The position numbers and the translations under genes were made by a program. A DNA stretch of 64,000 nucleotides from an uncultured Holophagales bacterium. Its GTDB lineage: Bacteria; Acidobacteriota; Thermoanaerobaculia; Multivoradales; UBA5704. The notes under the pieces were generated by a model. It was not told the DNA's origin. It ran no database searches and saw only the letters and a list, made by a program, of their open reading frames with translations. The stretch is taken from contig CAWJGT010000009.1 of the NCBI GenBank assembly GCA_963842525.1, positions 1,248,001 to 1,312,000 on the forward strand, in the 5' to 3' direction. Of the stretch, positions 10,183 to 17,692 are shown piece by piece (within the stretch, counting starts at the first letter, position 1; each line of letters starts with the position of its first letter).

Positions 10183-11124
10183 GTGACAAGGCCGGCGAAG
10201 CGGGCTCTCTGGGCGTTGGCGATCCTGGCCGTGGGCGCAGCCGTGGCGCTCGCAGCGGTCTACTACACCCGCCCGCTCGACGTCCTCTCCTGGTACCACC
10301 GGAGGGCCCTCTCGCGGGCCGGCCTGAAGGAGGAGTGGGTTCCAGCCCCTGGCGGGCAGCTCGCGGTCTGGACCGGCGGCCGGGGGAAGACCCTCGTCCT
10401 CGTCCACACCTTGAGCGACCACGCCGGCACCTGGCACGCGGTCGTCCCCGAGCTGCTCCAGCACTATCGTCTGCTGCTCCTCGATCTCCCCGGGCACCGC
10501 GACAGCGCGCCGCGGCAGGGGGAGCTGACCCTCCGTGGCGAGCTCGACGGCCTCGCCGCTGCGGTCCGGGAGCGCGGCGGGCAGGATCCCGTCGTCCTGG
10601 TGGGCAACGGGGTCGGAGGGTGGCTGGCTCTCAGCTACGCCCGGGAGCATCCGGAGAGGGTCGAGCGCCTGGTGCTGGTCAACAGCGTCGGGCTCTCGTT
10701 CGACCTCGGGGAGATCGCCCTCGTGCCCAGGGACAGGGAGGAGGCGCGGCGCTTCGTGGACGCCCTGTACGGTCCGGACACGCCGCCGACACCGGACTTC
10801 ATCCTGGACGATGTGGTCCGGAAGAGCCGGAGGAACCCCTTCACGCGGCTGCTGGCCAATCTGCGCAGCACCGACATGCTGGACGACCGCCTGACCGAGA
10901 TCCGCGTCCCCGCCGACCTGATCTGGGGCGAGGCGGACGGGATCGTGACGCGCGACGTGACACGGCGCCTGCTCGACGGCCTGCCGGGTGCCCACCTGCA
11001 CACCCTCCCGCGGTGTGGCCATCTCCCGCAGCAGGAATGTCCGGAGGCCTTCCTGAAGACCCTCCGGGACCTCCTCGGCTCGCCGCCGCCGGCGCTGCCC
11101 GCGCCGTCCTCATCTTTTCCTTGA
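10183..11124 (+). CDS. Alpha/beta hydrolase-fold protein with N-terminal membrane anchor
   Basis: DLPGH, IWGEADG, CGHLP; the nucleophile elbow reads GNGVGG (no Ser). Confidence 0.8.
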   Translation: MTRPAKRALWALAILAVGAAVALAAVYYTRPLDVLSWYHRRALSRAGLKEEWVPAPGGQLAVWTGGRGKTLVLVHTLSDHAGTWHAVVPELLQHYRLLLLDLPGHRDSAPRQGELTLRGELDGLAAAVRERGGQDPVVLVGNGVGGWLALSYAREHPERVERLVLVNSVGLSFDLGEIALVPRDREEARRFVDALYGPDTPPTPDFILDDVVRKSRRNPFTRLLANLRSTDMLDDRLTEIRVPADLIWGEADGIVTRDVTRRLLDGLPGAHLHTLPRCGHLPQQECPEAFLKTLRDLLGSPPPALPAPSSSFP

Positions 11125-11181
11125 AGATCTGAAATAGATCGGCGGGCCGGATCACTCCTTTTAGAGAGGAGGGTTCCCACC

Positions 11182-11436
11182 GTGAGGCACTCGATCTCGA
11201 AAGACGTCCTCGACCGGTTCGCTCTCGGCCACGCCACTCCCCAGGAGAGGAAGGCCATTGCCGTCCACCTCCTCCACGGCTGTGACATCTGTGCCAAGAC
11301 GTTGCGGGCCGTGGCCTGGCCTGGGGCAGCGAAACGCGACCGGATCTCCGCCCGGGATGAACCCGAGAGCCCTCCGGGCCGTATGAAGAGAGGGAGCGGA
11401 CGAAATAGAACCTCGTCCGGCGTCACTCCAAGGTGA
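11182..11436 (+). CDS. Small protein with zf-HC2/ZAS-like HLxxGCxxC motif
   Basis: LDRFALGHATPQERKAIAVHLLHGCDIC; GGAGG RBS before the GTG. Confidence 0.6.
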   Translation: MRHSISKDVLDRFALGHATPQERKAIAVHLLHGCDICAKTLRAVAWPGAAKRDRISARDEPESPPGRMKRGSGRNRTSSGVTPR

Positions 11437-11484
11437 GGGGATGAGCGCGCCGTCCGCGTTCATCCTGGCAAGGAGGTAAGCACC

Positions 11485-11772
11485 GTGGCACAGCGAATTG
11501 CGGAACCCGGCCTGGATCGTTGGTCGGCAGGGTTTGCCCTGCGTGAGGAGAGCCCGATCATCGTCGCCCATCTCGCGGAGGGATGCCCATCCTGCACCGC
11601 GGGGCTCGAAGTGTTCCACCAGGTCGACGCGCCGGACCCGGCGCGCCAGGCCGTCCTCGAGCTCTTCGAGCGCGAGCTCCTCTCGACCCTCCAGGCGTCG
11701 GGCAGCTCCGTGCAGGCGCTCCACGCCGCCCTGGCGGGGATCGCGCTGAGCGGCGAAAAGCGCGCCGATTAG
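11485..11772 (+). CDS. Small protein with zf-HC2/ZAS-like HLxxGCxxC motif
   Basis: IIVAHLAEGCPSC; AAGGAGG RBS before the GTG. Confidence 0.6.
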   Translation: MAQRIAEPGLDRWSAGFALREESPIIVAHLAEGCPSCTAGLEVFHQVDAPDPARQAVLELFERELLSTLQASGSSVQALHAALAGIALSGEKRAD

Positions 11773-11877
11773 ACCTACCCTCCTGTCCCTCTCCCTGCCG
11801 CCTCGCGCGAGGCAGGGAGAGGGGCTTTGTCGGACATCCGCAGCAAAGTCAGCTCCTCTCGCTCCTCTCCCTTTGTG

Positions 11878-11906
11878 TTGACGCTACAGGTGTTTCCCTA
11901 TAGCAT
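11878..11906 (+). promoter_or_regulatory. Sigma70-like promoter upstream of the Cys/Thr repeat gene
   Basis: TTGACG-N17-TAGCAT. Confidence 0.55.
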
Positions 11907-12073
11907 CTGAACAACACTTGAATAACGTGTTCTGAGCCGGATATGCAAATACGAGCACAAGCGTACCCGAGCACTCAGCCCTCGGTCCGTTCGCCTCCAT
12001 GACGGCTTTCCTCTTGGTGCTCCGATCCCAGCCCTCGACGAGACCAACCACCATTTCTCATAGGGGATGAATC

Positions 12074-13612
12074 GTGAATCCATTTACCCGGTTTGTGCAG
12101 GGCCCGCTGACTCAGGACCTGTGTAGCGGGGGGGCCGTCACGGCCGGCGGCCCCACAGTCTGCGGCGGCATCCGGACTTGCGGCGGCTGTCCTGGCGGCG
12201 AGATCACCGCCGCATCGCTTTGTGACATCGTGACCTGCGGCGGCCCCACAGCCTGTGGCGGCATCCGCACCTGCGGCCAGCTCACCTGCGGCGGGCCCAC
12301 GGAGTGCGGCATCGACACCTGTGGCCGGACCTGCCTCATCACCTGTGGTGGTCCGACCTGGTGCGGCGGCATTCAGACCTGCGGCCAGACGTGCGCCCAG
12401 ACCTGTCAACAGATCACTTGCGGCGGGCAGACCAACTGCGGCGGTGTGCGCACCTGTGGCGAGACCTGCCACCACCTCACCTGCGGCGGGCAGACGAACT
12501 GCGGCGGTGTCCAGACCTGCGGCCAGACCTGCATCCTGATCACCTGCGGCGGCGGGCAGACCAACTGCGGCGGTGTGCGCACTTGCGGCGAGACCTGCCA
12601 GATCACCTGTGGTGTGCCGACGCAGTGCGGTGGTGTGCGCACCTGTGGCGAGACCTGCCAGATCACCTGCGGTGGGCAGACGCAGTGCGGTGGCATCCAG
12701 ACCTGTGGCGAGACCTGCCAGAAGATCACCTGCGGCGGACCGACCGAGTGCGGTGGCATCGAGACCTGCGGCCACACCTGCTCTCCGGCCATCACCTGCG
12801 GCGGCGCGACCGAATGCGGCGGCATCCGGACCTGCGGCGAGACCTGCCAGAAGATCACCTGCGGCGGCGCGACCGAATGCGGTGGCATCCGGACCTGCGG
12901 CCAGACCTGCTCCCCCGAGATCACCTGCGGCGGGCCGACGGAGTGCGGTGGCATCCGGACCTGCGGCCAGACCTGCAATCAGATCACCTGTGGCGGACCG
13001 ACCCAATGCGGCGGCATCCAGACCTGCGGCCATACCTGCTTGCCCGCCATCACCTGCGGCGGACCGACGGAGTGCGGCGGCATCCGGACCTGCGGCCAGA
13101 CCTGCCACCAGATCACCTGTGGCGGACCGACCCAGTGCGGCGGCGTCGAGACCTGCGGCCATACCTGCTCGCCCATGATCACCTGCGGCGGGAAAACCGA
13201 ATGCGGCGGCATCCAGACCTGCGGTCAGACTTGCCAGATGATCACCTGTGGCGGGAAGACGGAGTGCGGCGGCATCGAGACCTGCGGCCGGACCTGCTCT
13301 CCCGCCATTACCTGTGGCGGGAAGACCGAGTGCGGTGGCATCCAGACCTGCGGCGAGACCTGCCAACCGATCACCTGCGGAGGGAAAACGCAGTGTGGCG
13401 GCATTGAGACGTGCGGGCCGGCCTGCCCTCCGGGCACCTTCGGGCCCGAGCATACCTGCGGCATCATCTGCCTCCCCGAGGAGAAGTCCGAAAAGGCCGG
13501 AGGCCCCATCACACAGGGTCCCATGACCCAATGTGCTGGCGTCCAGACCTGCGGCTGCCCCGGAGGTGGCAAAGAGGGCGGCTCGGGCGGCAAGGGGGAG
13601 AAGGGCGCGTGA
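12074..13612 (+). CDS. Giant Cys/Thr/Gly tandem-repeat protein; putative RiPP (lanthipeptide-like) precursor
   Basis: 512-aa open frame; about 19 full and 2 degenerate ITCGGxTxCGG[IV]xTCGxTC units with synonymous codon variation; AGGGG RBS before the GTG; directly upstream of kinase, HopA1-like and LanC genes. Confidence 0.8.
   Translation: MNPFTRFVQGPLTQDLCSGGAVTAGGPTVCGGIRTCGGCPGGEITAASLCDIVTCGGPTACGGIRTCGQLTCGGPTECGIDTCGRTCLITCGGPTWCGGIQTCGQTCAQTCQQITCGGQTNCGGVRTCGETCHHLTCGGQTNCGGVQTCGQTCILITCGGGQTNCGGVRTCGETCQITCGVPTQCGGVRTCGETCQITCGGQTQCGGIQTCGETCQKITCGGPTECGGIETCGHTCSPAITCGGATECGGIRTCGETCQKITCGGATECGGIRTCGQTCSPEITCGGPTECGGIRTCGQTCNQITCGGPTQCGGIQTCGHTCLPAITCGGPTECGGIRTCGQTCHQITCGGPTQCGGVETCGHTCSPMITCGGKTECGGIQTCGQTCQMITCGGKTECGGIETCGRTCSPAITCGGKTECGGIQTCGETCQPITCGGKTQCGGIETCGPACPPGTFGPEHTCGIICLPEEKSEKAGGPITQGPMTQCAGVQTCGCPGGGKEGGSGGKGEKGA
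12230..13432 (+). repeat. Coding tandem repeat, mostly 60-66 bp units, with a 129-bp higher-order unit in the 3' half
   Basis: Recurrent atcacctgcggcgg...acctgcggc...acctgc; 21-aa and 22-aa units alternate from about 12662. Confidence 0.95.
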
Positions 13613-13630
13613 TGTAAGCTGACCTGCGAT

Positions 13631-13673
13631 GCGGAGGCCCGGTCCCGCACTCTCTGGCGGGGCCGGGCTCCGT
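13631..13673 (+). terminator. GC-rich stem-loop between the precursor and kinase genes (attenuator or mRNA stabiliser)
   Basis: gcggaggcccggtcccgc-actctctg-gcggggccgggctccgt; no strong U-tract. Confidence 0.55.
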
Positions 13674-13701
13674 CTCCGGGCCTTCGGACATCGAACGAGA
13701 C

Positions 13702-14800
13702 ATGCTGGTCCAACCCGAAAACGTCGTCCATTACCTGGCCGAGCGCCGGCTGCTGACCTTGCAGTCGGTGGTCGAAGGCGACTTCATGGTCTTCGATCAG
13801 TCGAGCCGGAACTACAACCTCAAGGTGCTGCGGCGGAAGTCCCCCGGCTTCTTCATCAAGCAGGTGCGCACCCGCACATCCGCCTACACCCTCACGCTGG
13901 AGCGGGAGGCGAAGTGTTACGAGATGGCGGCGCGCAACCCCCGCTTCGGCGCCATGGCCGCGCTCCTGCCCAGGTGCCACCACTGGGACGCGGCGAGGAC
14001 GATCCTCGTCCTCGAGATGCTTCCCGATGCCGAGAGCCTCTGGGAGCACCATCAGCGGCTGGGCCGGTTCCCGCGCGAGATCGCGGAGCCTCCAGGGAGA
14101 CAAGCTCGGCACCTACCACCGCCAGGCGGAGCTGTTCTTCCCCGCCCTGGAGGAGCTGCACCTGTTCGAGAAAAAGCTCCCCTGGATCCTCTCGATCCAC
14201 GAGACCCATCCGCAGTACCTGAGCCAGATGAGCCAGGGCAACGCCCAGCTCCTGCAGATCCTGCAGGACTATCCCGGGCTCACCCGCGCCCTCGACGCCC
14301 TCAAGCGCTCCTGGGTCTTCCGCGGGCTGATCCACGGCGACATCAAGTGGGAGAACCTCCTCCTGTACCGCGAGCGCCCGGAGGACCCGCCGGACATCCG
14401 GGTCATCGACTGGGAGATGGCCGACCTCGGCGACGAGTGCTGGGACACGGGGGCGATCTTCCAGGCCTACCTGAGCTTCTGGATCTTCATGCTGCCTCTC
14501 AGCCCCACCGTCAGCCTGGAGCAGGCATCGGAGATCTCGCCGTTCAAGGGCGAGGACATGCAGGTGGCCCTGGCCGCCTTCTGGACCCGCTATGCAGCGG
14601 CCCGCGGCTTCGGCCGCGCCACGTCGCGCCGCTACCTCGAACGGTGCATGGCCTGCGCCGCCGCGCGCATGGTCCAGACGGCCTACGAAGGGATCCAGCG
14701 GTCGCCCCAGATCACGCCCCAGGCGCTCTGCCAGCTCCAGATGAGCATGAACATCCTGCGCGATCCGGCCGCTGCCGTCGGCCAGATGGTGGGGCTGTGA
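13702..14800 (+). CDS. APH/phosphotransferase-family kinase (LanK-like), one frameshift at about 14090
   Basis: N-lobe SSRNYNLKV...FFIKQ joins C-lobe LIHGDIKWENLL...VIDWEMADLGD if one C is removed from gagcctccag (14086-14095). Confidence 0.85.
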
Positions 14801-14813
14801 GGAGGGCCGCACG

Positions 14814-15881
14814 TTGAGCACGATGGACTGGCAGGAGGCCCTCGACCAGGTCTTCGCGGCCATCCGCATCGAGTCGCCGCACGAGCTGACGTTCGCGGAG
14901 AGGAAATTCGCCGTACCGGCGGCGGCCGCCCCGGCCGGTAATGGCGCGGCGGGTGCGGCTGGTGCGGCGAAGGTGCCGCTGGTGGAGCTGCTCACCGACG
15001 TCCTCTACCGCTATGTCTACAGCCGGCCCTTCAAGCCGCCGCTTCCACCGCCTTCTCCGGACGGCCAGGAGCGCCAGGACTTCAGGCTCGACCCCGAGCT
15101 CAGCGCCGTCCTCTCCGCCGCCAACGCCTCGCGCGACCGCTGGGAGCACGGCTGGACCATCGGACAGATCCACTCCTCCGGCCAGATCACGGCGCAGCGC
15201 GGGAGCCGCTCGCGGTCGCTCTGGCCGGGCCAGTTCCTGAGCAAGGACGGTCCGGGTGCGCGCCCGCGGCCGGGGGCGCAGATCAGCATCTTCTATCCCC
15301 GCGAGTCCACGTCGCTCCAGCGCGGCTTCTACTACTGCTTCGGCGAGACCCCCGAGGACGAGAGCTTCACCCTCGGCCTGGTGCGGATCTACTGGCACGT
15401 CGGGCTCGCCGGGGCGCCGGAGCTGGTGCGGTCGCTCTCCGCGCGGCTCAACTTCTTCCAGGTGCCGTTCCGCATGAAGTGCTCGGTCATGCCCAGCCAG
15501 TACGACCGCACGGACGTGGCGGTCATCTACCTCGCCAAGCGCCTCTTCCCCTTCGTCGCCGACCTGCTCCAGGAGGTCTATCCCGCCGTGCGCCCGCACC
15601 TCGGGCCCGAGGTGCCGTTCTTCACCTGGCGCCTGGCCCCCGGGGTCGGCATCGCCGAGGACCCGGCCAACGGCGAGAGCTTCGGCCAGCACCGCTGCCG
15701 TCTCCTGGCGGAGTGCTGCTGGAGCTGCTTCCTGCGCGGCGATCAGGAAACGGCGTCGCGGCTGGCGGAGCTGCGCGTCGTGGCCGGCGCCCAGGGCACG
15801 GACCCGGAGCGCTTCCACCTCAACGCCGGCTCCCTGGACTGCTACGAGGCGTGCGCGACGGGGGAGGAATCATGGTCATGA
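14814..15881 (+). CDS. HopA1-like protein (LanY-type phospho-Ser/Thr lyase)
   Basis: LSAAN...GW, GFYYCFG, VRIYWHV, VPFRMK, YDRTDVAVIY, LAPGVGIAEDP, SFGQHRC; GGAGG RBS. Confidence 0.85.
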   Translation: MSTMDWQEALDQVFAAIRIESPHELTFAERKFAVPAAAAPAGNGAAGAAGAAKVPLVELLTDVLYRYVYSRPFKPPLPPPSPDGQERQDFRLDPELSAVLSAANASRDRWEHGWTIGQIHSSGQITAQRGSRSRSLWPGQFLSKDGPGARPRPGAQISIFYPRESTSLQRGFYYCFGETPEDESFTLGLVRIYWHVGLAGAPELVRSLSARLNFFQVPFRMKCSVMPSQYDRTDVAVIYLAKRLFPFVADLLQEVYPAVRPHLGPEVPFFTWRLAPGVGIAEDPANGESFGQHRCRLLAECCWSCFLRGDQETASRLAELRVVAGAQGTDPERFHLNAGSLDCYEACATGEESWS

Positions 15882-17200
15882 CCGAGACGCCCGCGATGCC
15901 TGGCGGCGCTGCCAGCCCGCAGCCGGCCGCGGAGCACCGGGCGCTCTTCCTGGAGACCGCGGCTTCGCTGGGCGCGCGGATCTGCCGCGACGCGCTGTGG
16001 GGCGACGGCGTCTGCAACTGGATCGGCTTCGCCATGGAGAGCCTGGGCGGGCGCTGGCGGCACGCCCACCGCGCCTATGGCGGCGAGCTCTATGGGGGGA
16101 CGAGCGGCATCGCCCTCTTCCTCGCCCGCCTGCACGCGGTGACCGGCGAGCGCATGTTCAAACGCACCGCACTGGGGGCGATCCGCCATGCCCTGGAGCA
16201 CGGCGCAAAAGAGATCGTGCCGACGGCGCGCATCGGCGCCTACAGCGGTTGCACCGGCCTCGCCGACGCAGCTCTCCAGATCGCCGTCCTCCTGGAGGAC
16301 GAGTCGCTGCGGGCGCCGGCCCTGGCTCTCCTGGAGGAAGCGGCGAGCGGCGAGACCGGCCGCAACTTCGACCTGCTGGCGGGCTCTGCCGGAGCGATCC
16401 CGCTGCTGCTGCGGGCCCACGCCGGGCACGAAGGTCAACCGGGGCCGGCTTCCCTGCAAGAGGCGGCGGTGCGCCTGGGCGACGACCTCCTGGCCGCCGC
16501 GGCGCGTGCCGACGACCGCTGGTCCTGGGGAGAATTCGGCATGCCGGGGGCGAAGCAGAAGGACAACCTCCTCGGCTTCTCCCACGGCGCCGGCGGCATC
16601 GGCTGGGCCCTGCTGGAGCTCCACCAGGCCACCGGCGAGGCGCGGTTCCGCGAGGCCGGCGAAGGGGCGTTCCGCCACGAGCGGCACTGGTTCGACCCAG
16701 AGCACGGCAACTGGCCGGACCTGCGGGACCCCGAGGTCTCGGGCGCGGCGGCAGCCTCGGACGTCCCGGCCTTCATGACCGCCTGGTGCCACGGCGCGGC
16801 GGGCCTCGGCTTGTCCCGCCTGCGCGCCTGGGAGCTGTCCGGCGACGAGGAGTGCCGGCGCGAGGCCGAGGTGGCCGTCGACACCACCCTGGAGAACCTC
16901 CGCGGCGGCACGGAGATGAGCCAGACCAACGACTCTCTGTGCCACGGCAGGGGAGGGAACTGCGAGACGCTGATCTACGGCTCCCAGGTCCTGGGCCGTC
17001 CCGAATGGCTGCAACGGGCCGAGGAGATCGGCCTCCGGGAGATCGAGACCTGCGCCGCGCAGCGCCTGCCCTGGCCCTGCGGCACCTACGGCAGCGTCGA
17101 AGTGCCCGGCCTCCTGCTGGGCCTCGCCGGCATCGGCTATTTCTATCTCCGCCTCGCCGACCCGGCCGGCACGCCGTCGGTCCTGATCCCGCTGCCGTAA
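15872..17200 (+). CDS. lanC: Stand-alone LanC-like lanthionine cyclase
   Basis: LYGGTSGIALFL, DLLAGSAG, GFSHGAGG, AWCHGAAG, SLCHGRGG, GLLLGLAGIG. The start (ATG 15872 or 15878) overlaps the end of the HopA1-like gene. Confidence 0.9.
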   Translation: MVMTETPAMPGGAASPQPAAEHRALFLETAASLGARICRDALWGDGVCNWIGFAMESLGGRWRHAHRAYGGELYGGTSGIALFLARLHAVTGERMFKRTALGAIRHALEHGAKEIVPTARIGAYSGCTGLADAALQIAVLLEDESLRAPALALLEEAASGETGRNFDLLAGSAGAIPLLLRAHAGHEGQPGPASLQEAAVRLGDDLLAAAARADDRWSWGEFGMPGAKQKDNLLGFSHGAGGIGWALLELHQATGEARFREAGEGAFRHERHWFDPEHGNWPDLRDPEVSGAAAASDVPAFMTAWCHGAAGLGLSRLRAWELSGDEECRREAEVAVDTTLENLRGGTEMSQTNDSLCHGRGGNCETLIYGSQVLGRPEWLQRAEEIGLREIETCAAQRLPWPCGTYGSVEVPGLLLGLAGIGYFYLRLADPAGTPSVLIPLP

Positions 17201-17210
17201 CCTTCTTCGT

Positions 17211-17560
17211 GCATTCCGTTCCAATCGTGCACAACGATTCGGAAGCCGGCGGCGACGATTCGCCCGCATCATCCTGAATCCCGTCTCCGTCTCGCCACTA
17301 TTCGGTCATTCTGAAGGAGCATTCGACCTGTGCTCCCTCACATCAGAGGTTGGCTGTAGGATTCAAGAGAATGTCTCCTGCACATAGGGATCTGAGTCTG
17401 CGCCATTCGCAAACATTCCTGCGCATTCGGGAGCTCCGATGGTGGCATTGGACCTGGGCTCGGCAGCATTGGGATCGGCCGGCGTGTCATTTGTGCCGTG
17501 GTCCCAATGATTGGGAGCTCCTGAAGAAAGATTCCGCTCCCAAAGCGTCGTGCACGGACG
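17211..17560. repeat. Degenerate 21-bp-period array
   Basis: ATT cores at 17237, 17258, 17300, 17321, 17405, 17447, 17468, 17489, 17510 and 17531; ATC/ATA variants at 17342 and 17384. Confidence 0.65.
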
Positions 17561-17692
17561 TGGCTCGGAATGTTTGGCCTTGCAGCCTGAATAACTACTC
17601 AGCTCGTCGGAAAAATCCGCTTTGCCAGACGAATGGCCGGGAATCCGAAACCGATGCTGCCAGGCACGAGACGAATGGTGCGTCAGGACGAG

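Noticed and set aside
12230-13432. CRISPR array or non-coding satellite
   Set aside because: There are no unique spacers and no cas genes. The units keep frame, vary at synonymous positions and lie in one ORF with an RBS.
11975-13531. Antisense and alternate-frame ORFs over the repeat (518 aa minus, 367 aa plus)
   Set aside because: Shadow ORFs of a GC-rich repeat. The Cys/Thr frame has the RBS, the promoter and the operon context.
12074-13612. Metallothionein or multiheme cytochrome
   Set aside because: No CxxCH motifs. Metal binding cannot be excluded, but the invariant Thr and the adjacent dehydratase/cyclase genes favour a RiPP substrate.
13702-14800. Aminoglycoside resistance phosphotransferase
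   Set aside because: Same fold, but the operon context points to peptide Ser/Thr phosphorylation.
14814-15881. Type III secretion effector HopA1
   Set aside because: No T3SS context. Its position between an APH kinase and LanC indicates the RiPP lyase role of this fold.
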